Of a stretch of DNA of 64,000 nt, positions 39,942 through 53,643 are shown piece after piece. The notes beneath the pieces were generated by a model. That model did not search any database, was not told the DNA's origin, and saw nothing but the letters and a program-made list of their open reading frames with translations. Source of the DNA: Dimorphilus gyrociliatus (lineage: Eukaryota; Animalia; Annelida); assembly GCA_904063045.1 (NCBI GenBank), contig CAJFCJ010000010.1, positions 1,054,001 through 1,118,000 of the forward strand. Reading direction: 5' to 3'. Made by a program: the position numbers and the translations under genes. Positions within the stretch are counted from its first letter, which is position 1. Every line of letters begins with the position of its first letter.

Positions 39942-41694
39942 CTCGTTATCGTTATTCGGGTTATATTCATTAGGTGAATGTTCAGAAATATGATAGCAGC
40001 GAGTTTAAACTGTAATATCCTCTGAGGAATCGCACTAGCATCTTTTTTAAAGGTCGTATTTCGTTAGACGTTTTATTAGACGTCTAACACTTGGGAAAAT
40101 TATAGTTTGAGTTCAACGACCTGTGTATTATTTTTTTCTCTCATATACATTTCTTTTGTTTTAAGCTGATAAATAAGATTTCTATTACTTGTAGTTATCA
40201 TTATTTCCTTTTTTATTTAATAGTTTATTAAATATATTAGATTTATTTTCATTTTAATGAGAAATTTTAGTAAATCACAATATAAACGATAAATAAATTC
40301 AATAATAAGTTTACTATATTTATTTCGTATTAGATTTTTTAAAGTGAAAAGAATTTAGAATAACTTAAATGTTTCTCTTCCAACTAAAGATGGATGGAAT
40401 ATTCGATAAAATCGTGACATACTGATAAATTCTCGACGAAGCGTTAACTGAGACATTTATAACTAATACTTCAAGTATAATAGGCCTGTATAAATTCTAC
40501 AGAAAAATATATATTGTATATTCATTCGAGCTTGCATAATAAACTGTCAAGAAGTGTTCCAAACCATCGAATCCCTCTTTCGCTTGTTGATAAAAACGTC
40601 CCAGCATCTTTTGAAGTAGATACGATTATTAATAAGGGAATACTATTGTAAGAATAATTATGCCTTTATATCTCAATAAAAGAAAAAAAAAGTCTACTAG
40701 TTTTACTAATGAAAATAAATACTTGGCAATTTGCATATAATTAAACAAAATGTAGACGTCTAGTGCGAAATATACAGTATATTACATATATACATGTATA
40801 TATATATATATATATAAATATGTATATACCTGATTTTTTTCCTCTGAATACAGTATGGAAGGTCTAATAAAAAAAAGGGAAAGACCTTTTCACACCTATA
40901 TAAAAGCAAGATATTTAATATAAGAATAGTTTTCCTGCTTAAAATATGGTATATTTAAATATTTTATGAGCTGAGAAATACATGCAAACTATATTTACAT
41001 AAGTAAATACATATACAAAAAAAAACTAATCTTTTCTTTCTTGATAAATATTTAAACAAATTATTTCAAAAGTTGGTGTTTAATAAAAATTCTTTCCTTA
41101 TGAAATTTATTTTGCCTATTTTATTAATATTAATAAGTAATAAACTATACAATTATTAAGTTTATTAAATATGTATGCATATCTCTCTCTCTCTCTCCTC
41201 TCTCTCTCTATATATATATATGTATAAACATTTATTTCCCTATTATCGACAATTTTATACTTCAGTTTTTAATTAATTATTACAAATAATTTATTAATAT
41301 CTATAATTTTATTATTAACTTTATGTATTGTTCATACGAGACGTATGAGTTTATCTGTGTTTATTTACTTTTGATTTCCCCTTAAATTACAAATATATAT
41401 GTAGTAATCATTAGCGTTATACGAAAACTGCACGTGTCATATTAAGCATACGCAGATTTTTATTTATTCATGTATATGTATTCCCTGAAAGGGTTTCCCA
41501 GTCAAAAGAAAATTTTGATTGGTATTTTACTTTCTGAAAGATTTTATTATATTTTCTTGTTTACAAAGAAGTTTTATATACAATCTTTACAATATAATAT
41601 TTTTCAAATAGGTCATTAGCAACTAATTTGAGCTATGGAAAAGGAATGAGAGATAGATTGATAGTGGGTGAGATAGAGGAATAACTAGATAGTG

Positions 41695-41699
<5 letters not shown>

Positions 41700-41726
<27 letters not shown>
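41700..41726. repeat. (GA)n microsatellite about 400 bp upstream of the GPCR-1 ATG
   Basis: Seen directly. Confidence 0.95.
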
Positions 41727-41729
<3 letters not shown>

Positions 41730-42121
41730 CAGTGCAAAACAGCTGGTGAGCAACAGGGAAATCTAGGAAGGAGTAGTTGGGAAATTATTCAAATTGAACC
41801 CAGTCTAAATTTTGTTATGTATTTACTTTCAAATGGCTTTAAAACTTATTTTGATAATAGAGTTCTTCGTATTTTAAAAATAATGCAATATGATGGACAA
41901 GGTAGCTTTTATAGCAAAACTTCACTCTCATATTCTTTTGACAAACTTAATCGTTAAATTATAAATAACTATCTCATTACCATTGAACAACGTATAATAA
42001 AATACTACAAGACTATTATATGCTACAATAGCATTTTTTTATAGTTTCTTTCTCTCCTACGCCCTCTCCTTTAACCATCTCCGCTAGACGTCGTTTAAGT
42101 ATTGAGGCCGTCACTGTTGAG

Positions 42122-44095
42122 ATGTCGGCCGAAAGGGATGGAATCATTTATTCAATCAACGAGAGTTTTCCAGAAAATTTTACTTATGAATATCCTTCCA
42201 GCGATCATACATTGAAATGGATGTATTACGCAAGATATTACGCAATTCTCTTTCTAATTTTTGGTGGTTTGATTGGAAATATATTATCTATATTAGTATT
42301 TACTCTAACTCATCTCCGTCAACAAAGTTCAAGCCGATACTTGGCTGTAATGTCTGTTGCAGACAGTGTGTACCTTATATCTATAAGCCTTCATCATTAC
42401 AGCATATATCCTATGCCGACAGCTATTTGCTCTCTTAACTTTTATTTGGGACATATTAGTAGTTTTTTATCTGTTGCCTTCATTGTAGTCTTTACAGTTG
42501 AAAGATACGTTGTTGTACGATATCCTTTTAAAAAGCAGCAATGGTGTTCCCCAAAACGGGCAAACAAAGTGATTGCAATTATATGTGCTCCATCTTTTGC
42601 CATATTTTCGTATTGGCTATGGGCAAGTGGTGCCGAACAATATACATTCGATCCAGATCCAAATTCGGATACAAATTACAACGTCTCTGTTATAAGAATT
42701 TGTGGTCCAAAAATGAGGTATTATTCTCTTCATTCTAACTTTATTTTAGAGAATCTTAACACAGACGAGCTTTAAATAATATAGTATATATTTATATATA
42801 TAGTATATACAGTATAGCCCCTATTCCATAGAATTAATAGAAGTTAAAGTAGCTCTTAAATAGAATTACTCACTTGTTGTTTATCAATTATATATTGTAA
42901 TGCTTCAAAATATACACTGTTTATATATGTGAATGTGTGCATATTAAACATATTTTACATAGAGATAAAATTAAAAGATAGACAGAAAAAGAAATTTCAA
43001 TACTCAAACAGAGTTTCTCATATGCAAATATTTTTTATGCATTTGTACACACACATCCTCATTTGGTAAATAACGATTAAAACTAATAGGAATTGTGAAT
43101 AATAGGCTTTAAAATGATCAGTTAAGTAAAAGATATACTTGTTCAAATGTCCTAAATATCAGAGAAGTTGAGAGAAACCTTAGACGCAATAAATAAGAAT
43201 ATATTTCTTTTTAAGAAAAAGAGACAATTACACAACTTTGATTATAGCATGGATTTTTGTAATAAGTATAAGGAGGTTTCTTAATTCTATGTTTTAATAC
43301 ACTGATACTTACTATATTTCTATTTAAACAGAATTAGAAATACAATTTTTTTATATAGATTTAACTAGCGAGAGAGAGTTAGTTGAATATGTTGTTTTTA
43401 TTTATTTGAAATAATATTCTTCATTTTTTCAACTATATAGATTCAAGACATTTGTTGAATGGGCTCACTACGTGGATGTACTTGTTAGTCACGTTATGCC
43501 GATGATATTCATTGTGATTTTTAATACAAAAATTATAGCAGCAGTCTTACGAATTCGAAGTGGTCGAATTCGAGCTAATTCTGAACAATCAAGTCAAGTG
43601 AGCCTTTATAATTTACATAGTGCAGCTCATAATCGACCAAGGAATGCTCAAATGCATGTGACCCGTGTTCTAGTGATAATTTCAACAGCTTTCGTGGTAC
43701 TCAATTTACCTCAACATCTAGTTCGTTCATACAGTTATGTAAAAAGTCATGTCCAATCAAATTATGCTGCGACTGGAACAGAAATCTTGTTACAGCAGAT
43801 AACGCAATTCATTTATCTATGGCATTTTGCAATCAATTTTTATTTGTACAACGCCTGCAGTAGAACTTTCCAATTGGCCTTAAAGCATTTATTGTCTAAA
43901 TTACGATTTCAATTGATAAAGATTTGCTGCCGGAAAAAGAGAACATTTCAAGATTCTCATAAGTCTGTCTTAATGAGATTAAGATGGAACAAAGTCCCAA
44001 CGTCGAAAAGGAATTCCTCTTCTGTAAGTAGGCAACTAGAGAATGCACTTATTCCGGCTGATAGAAACGGAAAAGACAGTTGGAACAGTCGATAG
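42122..44095 (+). CDS. Class A peptide-type GPCR (FMRFamide-receptor/GPR139-like orphan group), 2 exons 42122-42717 and 43441-44095, 416 aa; possible in-frame upstream exon 38952-38974 via the acceptor at 42087
   Basis: TM1 GGLIGNILSILVF, TM2 YLAVMSVAD, TM3 FTVERYVVVRYP, ECL2 Cys, TM6 FVVLNLP, TM7 INFYLY. Phase-2 intron AG|gtatta...tatag|A. Confidence 0.93.
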
Positions 44096-46319
44096 AAAGT
44101 ATCATTTTTATAGAAGAATACTTTATATTTTGCTGTATAAAATAAATACAAGATTTATCTCTCAACTGTGTAGTTCTTTTTGCAGACTATAAAAAGAAAT
44201 CAGTAAAGAGGAATTTAAAAAACATCTGGAAGGAATAAACGATGAACTGAAGGAGCTAAAAATTATGTGTACTCTTCTCTACACTATTGATACGATTTCA
44301 TTTAAGCAAATATTTCAAATTGTTGCCCGCATTGGGAAATTAAACTGAACCGATTTTCATCTTAAAAAAAGGATGATAAAATTGAATTCACTCATAAATA
44401 TAAGTGATAAGTTGACATAATAATTACAACAGTTCACTTAAAAGTATTTTAAAAAGGATGATGGTCAAAATATGGAGCAAAATTTCTCTTTTATCTAAAA
44501 ATTTTGAAATTATAGCAAATTTCAACGGAAATAAAACCTAAAGGAAACTGCTGACATGCTGATAATTCATTTTAAGAGCAGAAATGAAAGATACGCTATA
44601 AAAAAAACCTTCTTGCTAGTCTACTACAAATTCTCACTGAGTTTTGTGGATATCTTAGTAAAAACATCATAAATAAAAGGAGATACTATCTCGTCTCACC
44701 GAAGAGCGAATATCGTAATATATTAATTGTCACAAATAAAATGTGACTGTGATAATAGAAAAACGAACAGGACAAAACATCTATACATATTTAACATTTA
44801 ATCATTCTTTCTTAACTTTTACTTATCACTTTTGGTAATTGGTAAAACTTTAATTTTGACATAACCATGTGTTTCTTTTTTTACATAGTTTACTGTTTAT
44901 ATACAGTATATACATATAGTTTTGCGTATGGGATAAAAGAATCTTATACCTTTGTTATTTCTTTATAACAATTATTTTAACATTACTGTCTTTCTAAAAA
45001 ATAATTTTGTTCGTGTATTTTACTTGTATTATACTATATATGTATTGTTTTTAAAGCATTTGTTAAACAAGGCAACATTTATTGAATACTTGAAGAACAT
45101 GAATAAATATACCTTTTCTATAATTATTTCTTATCTAAATGACAAGAACTAATTGATAGAAACTATCAAGAGAATTATGTAATATCTGATAAAAAGTTGC
45201 GTAGCTGGTATTTTTATAGTACAGACTCTTTGAAAAGCAAGATATTTATCAATCTATTTAAGTTTTATTTATGTAACCCGCTACATTTTCTTTAAAGACG
45301 AGAGAAGACAAAAGGAAATATATACTGTATTTAGTAGAGGAAGGAAAGATAGAAGGGAACTATTTATAAGCAAATTTACTCTTACCCTCCAAAAAGACTC
45401 TTATTCGTCATTCTATTTTACTAGATAATAATTTAGCAAACTAACACTTTCTCTTTTAATATCAAATTATAGATTGTCAGATAGAGTAGTTTTTTTTGAA
45501 TATTTGACAAGAATATCATTCTAATTTGTTAATAGAGTAGAAATTTGATGAACTGCAAAACAGTCTTTGTCAATAAGTTATTGAATCAAAATAATTCAAT
45601 TGTTAAATCCTAAAGGATAGTCTTTTTTGAAATTTAAAAACTAATAATAGGTAACTCTTTTCATATGTCTATATGTGCATTTTGTGAAGAGTAGATGGTA
45701 TAGGTCTATATATTCTCTTGGAAGATCATGATTGAAAGAGTATTTTTAGGAGAAGATTTATATTTGTAAGAAATAATTCTAATTTTATTAGTAGAAAACT
45801 ATTTATTAAAATAAAAGATACAATTCATTGGCAGGGAATTAAGAGAGAATTTTGAAATTGGTTAGCCTAATCAATAAGAAACCATTGAAATATATATTGA
45901 ATTGGAAACAATGGCAAATGTATAGCGCTTTATATTTAGACAAAAGCCAATAGACTGTTCACAAGTTTATAATATGATAAGGTGTGAAAAATGCTAAATG
46001 AATGTTTTTCGATTGAGTACGGTATAATTAGTACAGAACAATCTTATTTGTGAGAGTAAAGAGGATGATGCTGATAGTACCCTGTGGGCCAAATAGGTTA
46101 CTGTACTGGGAGAATATTGCTTTTTATTACTTAACTATGCTAATGAGAGCATTAATTTTTATAAAAAAAAGAAGAGAAAGAAGAGTTACCTTAATGTAAG
46201 ACATTAATTTCAACTGAAAACTATAAATTTCCCTCTATTCCCCTTTCGAATGCTTTATGTGTTTTGGCCTTTAATTTATTGTTACTTTAATTTTGTGATC
46301 CTATTGCTCAAAGAATAAG

Positions 46320-47927
46320 TTAATTATTCCCAGTTTCCATTGAAGATACATGCTTTTTCTTTTCTATAATGGAAAGCTGAAAGTTAGCGTTAGGGCAGCC
46401 TTCAGCAGTGTTCCAAAGTAACCTGTTGTAAAAAATTAGGGCAATAGTGGAAAAAATTTCCAAGAAATATCCGTCCTTTTCTTTTTTCCCATCTTCTCTC
46501 GCTTTATGATTAAGGAACTTTTACTAAAAACCAAAATTGGAACCGATTATAGAGAAATTTCGTACTCATTGTAGAATCTTTAGAAATAATTATAATTATA
46601 CTGCTCTTATATATACATTTAACTAAAAAAAGAAGAATCATGATAACAAAAAAACATTCTCTTATAGCTAAAAAAAGCTTAAATTAGTAGTTTCGTCAAT
46701 AGATTGCTATTTATAGAAAATAAACATATTTTTTTTTCTAATTTATTCTCTACGATATTTCGTAATAAATCCATGAACACAATTATTAGCGTCACAGGGA
46801 GGCAGCTAGCAAAAGAGGAAATGCCTTTTATCTTTTTTTAAATCCATTTCCGAATAGTCATTGAAAAAGAAGAATATTCATTATATAATACTTGTAAATA
46901 CTACAGTATATACATATATATTAATATAAAAAAAAACATTATAAGCCTATGAATTATCTGGTATTTGAATAGAATAAAATATTTCATTTAAATTAGTTAG
47001 ACAATCATCTCAATACTATTCAATCTAGATGTTTTATATAGCATAATGTTTCTTTACTTGGAAAAATAATTTGTTAATTTTGTGGAATAACATAATACTT
47101 GTTGACTCTAAATATTATTATCTTTTCCTAATCAAGCAACAAATGGATATTATATTGACTTGTTGTCACTGATCTTTTTCTCGCAAAATGATATAATGAA
47201 TTTTAGGAGTAGAATACTATCATAAAGGGATTTTTTTTTCCTTTTTAAGGATATACTTCATATGGAGAGCAAAGAAGGGAAATTTTGCTAGTCCTTTACC
47301 ATTCTCTCGCCTCTTGGCAGTTAGTAATTAAGGCACTTTCCCTTCTTTGAAAGAAGAAGATATAAGTATACCGAATTCTTTGACATGTGTAAAATTGACA
47401 ACCAGAAATGGTAATAAAAACTATTCATATCTCTTTTTAATTTATTACGAGTAAAATTAAATTTCTATGAGTATCCCTGATTGGCCTGTTGTCGTTGCTG
47501 CGTAGTATATACTTGAATATGCAACTGTATATGTAAACTAAAAATGTCATGGTAAATATGTGCAATGATCGAATTATTTTCATTATGATTTTAATCTTTA
47601 TTTTTTCAATATAACAACTAATTCACGCTCTTACTGTAAAAATAAATCTTATTAATAAAAGTATAACTTGGACGTTTTTACATTGGTTTCTTAATAGTTT
47701 TATTTTATTTCGGTATTTTTAAGTATATAATATAACATACTATTTTTAAACAATCACCCTTTTTTATGGGAATATGAACGAAAAGTTGATTTCATTGTCC
47801 TAAAAATACTCAATCTATAAAGATGTTAGTAACCTTTGAGAAGGTGATACTTTATATTAACATCTAGAAATCGCTCTTTTGAAATCATTATAATATTCTA
47901 AAAGAGTCAGATGGAGAAAGTCAGATA

Positions 47928-47972
<45 letters not shown>

Positions 47973-50900
47973 AAAGAAGGAAAAAAAGTGATAGCAAATG
48001 AATGAACATTACTTCTTAATTAGAGTTGTCTTAAGTCAATATAATTAAATTCTTTTCAGGGGAAAGATTAAAGCTAAGCCTGTTATTTGATAAGACATCA
48101 CAATTCAAATCCTACTATTTGTATAAGTATGCGATGACGGATTCATTACAATAATGAAAATTATTTACAGGAATCCTCATTCGGCCTTCTTGGGAATAAT
48201 TTGTCTGTTATTGAAATATGAAGATAAGTAATCTATAAATGATACAAAAGAAGTTGCACGTAGGCAACAATACATTGGATACCTATCAAGTTTTGCATGA
48301 CCTCTTCTGGGAAATAAGTACCCTAATTTCCATAATTGCTCCTGGTATATTTTATGTGGAAAAGTCCGAAATCTCATATAAGAATTTTCCCTCAGCTATC
48401 ATGCCAACGTTTTCGAAACACAAAAAAAGAGCTACAAGGAATAAGCTATTTTTTACACTGGAAATCCATAGCTTTACTATATTCTCTATTTTATTATTTA
48501 CCTTGAAGACCAAAAGGATTGTTATATTACTGTTGTATCGAAAACCATTTCCCAGAAAATGTCGAAAGCGATATTAGTATCTGTACATTTAACAACGCTA
48601 ACAGCATAAAGTAGAATGTCAATTAATCAAGATTTTAAGGCTTTCCATATATCATGAAATTTCATGTTCACAAAGCCAACGTGACATTCACTCATGAAAT
48701 TTATGTTATAGAATCTTTATGCTCAATGTGTAAGAATTCAAATTAGTATATAATTTTGTAATTTAATAGAGAACATTCGATAAAATTCACTCTAGCTCAT
48801 AATTAGACATGAAAGGAATACAATTTGATACATAATAATTTCAAAAGTTAACTATGTATGCTTTGATGATATTGAGAACACCTCTAAATTAAATTTCTTA
48901 AACGAGAAGATGTTTATTTAAGTGACAGTAGATTGTATTATAGAAATAAAGAAAAAAATTCCCTGTAGGAGATTTTCTAAATTTTCTTGACATGTTAAGA
49001 GAAAGTACCAGAAGAATCAAATAAGTTGGTTCACTAACGTCAATAAAATTTAAGTTGAAGCTCGTCGTAGCCCTTTTATCCTAGACATCTTGAAATTGGT
49101 CTGTACAAATTATACTTCTCAAACGAATGGTAATAATCCTCCTTCATTTATCTCAGCACTATTTTAGTTACAAACAATTTTCAGTGACACGTAAAAAATA
49201 AACACAGGAAGATAATACTTAAATTTTTTTCTTAGAAAATTTTCTCATTATGTAAATGATGCTATCGTTAAAAGAAAGATGTTTACTAAAGTCTTTTTTA
49301 TTAGACAGTTGCTTCCAAATATTAGAATTTAACTATTTCTGATTAATTACATAACATTGCCGTTAAATTAATGTCCGACCTTGAAGTAATTTATACACTT
49401 AATAAGTTTTCCAGGTAAAGGAATAGTTTCTAGAAACAATTTATCTATCTTCGGATATATAAGAAATTAATTCAAGCACAACTTGCCTAGTTTCAAACCA
49501 TTAATATAATAGTACTATTCTTAACCAAGAAAGATAAGATGACAGGAAGAGGATAATTCCTTGTGAGTCCTTGTTTTGTACGATATTTTTCTTTATGATT
49601 GTTTAAATATTAAATATTGTTTTATCGCAAAATGTCTTTTTAAATAGAATATAAAGAAAGTCAGTTGTATATAACAAAAATGAGAAATTATTGATTTTTC
49701 TATATTGGATAGACACTAGATTCTTATAATTCCGCATGTTTTCCCTCTAGTGGTTTTATAACTAATAGCATATGCTTTTACAGTTCATAAATATAGGGAA
49801 ATGTATAAACAGATTTTTTAGATCACTATAATTGGACTCCCTCCTCACACTTTCTCCCTACTTTCACTAATTCTTTCCTCTCTCTCCATCTTTCCATTTT
49901 CCTTTCTTTTCTCAGCTCCAATTAATTGTATTTTAAAATATATATATCCTAATTGTCCTAAATTCATACGAATAATTATTAGATAAGTAGCTACTTACAC
50001 AGTAAAAAAAGAAAAAAAAAATGATTGTTTTATTTATTATTTATCTATTCATTCCCCAAACAATAAATGATGGTTGCGAGAATCCTTTATTTCTTTATTT
50101 ACAAAAAAAGAGAGAAAAAAGTAAAAGCTAACTCAATTTCTTTTTTATTCTGTATTCTATTTAAACTTTGTGTTTTTTGTGGACCAACATTAAGAAATCT
50201 AAAGCTACTTTATCGACCCAAATTTCGTGATGACTCACAAAAAATCTTCTACTTGCTTTATCATATACTTATTTCAACTAATCCTTTATTCCACCTCTTC
50301 CTTTCTTTATATATGTAAAAAATAAATTTATATATTTTTTTCCAATGTCCTATCTTTCTTTTTTTGGGTTGTTTTTTAATTCTACTAAATTGTCTATTCA
50401 GAAAAACTGTTTGCATTGTATTTGAATGAAGCGCAGTCTCTATCCTTCAGTCACCTCAAGTTCTCAACCTGTAACACTAATAGAATTTTGATTAAAAAAT
50501 TGGACTTTTTTCTGATCGAATGTCTCTTCTTGGCAGAGAATAATAATTAGTTATGAAAAAATTCATCTTCAGTGCTAATATCTTGAATGACCACTTCAAA
50601 ACAATAGCTAAGAAACAAAATAAAAGATAGATGAATAGATAGACAATTTTAAGTGTTAGAAAGGAGAAATAAGAAATTAACAATATGTACAATGAGGTAA
50701 AAGGATGATATATAGCATAAAAAGAGAATGCTTTAAATAATAGAAAAAACTGTTATACTGTTATTTATATTCGCCTTAAGCAAAGTCGCTGTATAGAATA
50801 TTTAAGAAAAATATGTGCCATTATTCATCTAGTCATTGTAGACGATACATAATAATAGATAATGCCGAAAGAGATTCCTATGATTATAATAATCCGTTAT

Positions 50901-51202
50901 ATGCAGTTATTCTAAATACTATGAATTAACATAAACCCTTTACTTTTTATGTAATTTTTGTAATTTTCTTAAGTTAACAATTAAAATTTAACAAATCTCT
51001 TGTTATTTACCAATGGTAAAATTTGACTACGTGATTAATATACGGAATTAGTATTAATATTGTTAGCACCAAGGTCAGGGTTACTAAATCAATCCAATAT
51101 TATATCGGGAATATTTACAATATATCTAAGCACACATTGCTGCGGAGGTATATGCAAGATATACACAGCTATTAAAACAAAAACACAATAACTTTTAATC
51201 AT
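46320..51202 (-). CDS. Putative orphan secreted or signal-anchored protein (about 156 aa), 7 exons including a 16-nt micro-exon, antisense between the two GPCRs
   Basis: Exons 51119-51202, 51011-51026, 50469-50528, 48531-48580, 48283-48395, 47300-47344, 46320-46422 (471 nt; six phase-matched GT-AG junctions). Protein MIKSYCVFVLIAVYILHIPPQQC...FDIFWEMVFDTTLRENSYMRFRTFPHKIYQEQLWKLGYLFPRRGHAKLDRRESALITNCQEAREWLLWNTAEGCPNANFQLSIIEKKKHVSSMETGNN*. Some splice sites are weak, and the frame stays open upstream to 51276. Confidence 0.45.
47932..47970. repeat. (GA)n microsatellite
   Basis: Seen directly. Confidence 0.95.
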
Positions 51203-52593
51203 CTCTTGTAGTCTCTCAGTAATTATACACCTAATTTTTAACAGAAGTGTCAAGCTTAATTGTTGAAGAGTTAACACTAAATTTACAAAGAAAATGAAGA
51301 TAAAAGACTATAGAATAAAGCATAAAGAATTCTAGTTAAATAGTCCAGTTACTATAAAACTGAGTATTTATAGACTGAAGAGAGAATAATTTGTCACATT
51401 TAGCTTTCACTGTATAAAAATAAACATTCTAATTTCTATTTATTAAGTTTAAAATAAATAAAAAGGATTCGCACAATACATATTTTTTAATTTTTTACTA
51501 TTAATTAAAGATTGCAAGAGCAAGAACCACTCAGTCATATTAATTTCCTTTACCTTGAAGCATGTATGGCTTTAAAAGGGGTAAAACTAGGACCTTATTT
51601 AGTCGATCAAAGCCTTTAATTATAATAATAAAAATAACAAAAAATGTTGATTTTAGATCATTCTTAACTATTTTAAATTTAATAGAATTTTCAAGTTTCT
51701 TATTACACGCTTTGACTTAAGGAATTTTTTCATGGGAATCTAGACGGTATAAAGACCCTTCACCTTTGACCCTTTCCATCCAGCTAGCAAATTTTAACCT
51801 TTTGTATATTTTACATTTACAGTATTGTATAGTATATAAACTGCATTGGCGTTTTGTTTTTGTTAAAGTTAAATGTTGTGTCATAAATATTCATACTACA
51901 AATGGATAGATTTATACATCTCAGTCTGCCTTTCTGATCTAACCCTTTTAAATACCCGTCTACTTTCTTGACAACTGACGTAGATGCATCAAAATTTGAG
52001 GGTAAGACTCTAACCCTCTTCAATTTAGACTACTTTTAATCTTCCCTATATGCATATATTTCTATGAATTTTTCTTTTCTATTCTTTTGTTTGGTCAATA
52101 AAGAAAATAAAATAGTCCCTTTACTATTTGATCTAAAATGTACTTGATTAGTTCATACCAGTATTTTACTTGAGTATTTAGGAATTTGTCGACAAATGAT
52201 CCACTTACTCCCTTTCCATAGGAGTTTCTAGATAAAAGTATTGACAAAAAAAGGAGAGATGCAAATGAAAGGGAGTGACTTTTAAAAGCATTTACGATTT
52301 AAGTATACGGGGCTAGGCAGATAATAATATAAAACTCGTGAATATACGGAGAATTAGAATTTTATTTAAATTAGAAGGTGAAATATTAATAACCTTGATA
52401 GAAAAATATTATTTATAAAAACATTATTTGTTAATAACGGCCAATTTATTCAATCAATAAAGCCGGTCTAAACGGTAATAAATATAAAAAAGTGCTATAA
52501 AAATTATAACATAACCTTGCCCAATTCCATTATCCATTTGTAATCATAAGAGGCCGCAACATCATCGGACGATAAAGCATACTTTAATCTTCA

Positions 52594-53643
52594 ATGGAGG
52601 AATTCAAGCTTCTTTACAACATAACAAACTCATCTCATCAATTCCAATCAGTCACAACTATTGAAGGGATTCTCTTCCAAATTAATTTTGTTATAAGATA
52701 TTACTGTCTACCTATTTTATTAAGCTGTGGTTTGGTTGGAAATCTTCTTTCTCTCTTGGTATTTTGCTGCAGTCGCTTAAAATCTCAACCATCTACTCGC
52801 TATTTATCATGTTTAGCAGTTGTCGATAGTCTGTATCTGTTGACTGTCAGTTTTGTGTACGATTTTATCCCTATTCCTTTTAATTCTTATGTATGCAAAG
52901 GGGTTTTCTATTTGTCCCATCTTTCTACTTTTTTATCTGTTGCTTATATATCATTATTCACCATGGAAAGATATATTGCTGTTAGATACCCGTTTCAAAA
53001 GAGACAATGGTGCACAATGAAACATACTAATCGACTTATTATATTAGTGTCGTTATTTGCATCTATCTTTTATTCTTTCTTTTTCGTAAGTATTTCCTTT
53101 ATGGAATCTTATTTATATAAATGCCTCATCGATCCAAAATACGAATTCCATCTCTTTATAGTTGGGTTGATTGATACTATACTGAGTATGTTTTTACCTA
53201 CAATTTTCATAGTATTATTTAACTCTTTAATAATACGAGCAATGGTACAACTGCGTCATATAAGAGGAAGAAATTTTGTTTTATCACAAATTCATATAAC
53301 AAAACTATTGATAATTGTATCATTTTTCTTTGTTTTAATGAATGCTCCTGTTCAATCGTTGAGATGGTATGCAATAATTCAAACTGCGTACAATAAGAAT
53401 TATTACAGAGAATTTACATTGGAACTTTTGGATCATTTATTTAATTATATAAGTATGGCGCATTTTGCAGTGAATTTCATTTTTTATGTTGCTGTAAGTA
53501 AAAGTTTTAAAACAGCTTTTAAAGGATTATGTAAAAGAGTTTTAAATGCTATTGAAAAAAAATTCTTTAATGATCAATCATCATCAATTTATGGTTTAAG
53601 AATCTTCTTTAAGTATTCAAAAGTGTTTATTGTAACAAAGTAA
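52594..53643 (+). CDS. Class A peptide-type GPCR, intronless tandem paralogue of the GPCR at 42122, 349 aa
   Basis: Single ORF with 7 hydrophobic segments: CGLVGNLLSLLVF, YLSCLAVVD, FTMERYIAVRYP, FVLMNAP, VNFIFY. Shares RYY...RYL...FLSVA..ERY..VRYPF..QWC with the upstream GPCR. Confidence 0.93.
   Translation: MEEFKLLYNITNSSHQFQSVTTIEGILFQINFVIRYYCLPILLSCGLVGNLLSLLVFCCSRLKSQPSTRYLSCLAVVDSLYLLTVSFVYDFIPIPFNSYVCKGVFYLSHLSTFLSVAYISLFTMERYIAVRYPFQKRQWCTMKHTNRLIILVSLFASIFYSFFFVSISFMESYLYKCLIDPKYEFHLFIVGLIDTILSMFLPTIFIVLFNSLIIRAMVQLRHIRGRNFVLSQIHITKLLIIVSFFFVLMNAPVQSLRWYAIIQTAYNKNYYREFTLELLDHLFNYISMAHFAVNFIFYVAVSKSFKTAFKGLCKRVLNAIEKKFFNDQSSSIYGLRIFFKYSKVFIVTK

Noticed and set aside
48239-48577. 112-aa plus-strand ORF
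   Set aside because: No motif or supporting splice structure; overlaps the better-structured minus-strand exon chain.
24185-53643. Idea that the neuropeptide precursor and the two nearby GPCRs form a clustered ligand-receptor system
   Set aside because: The receptors show ERY and NFxxY features of the FMRFamide-receptor/GPR139-like group rather than somatostatin/UII/AstC receptor features, three unrelated genes intervene, and animal ligand and receptor genes are not usually linked.
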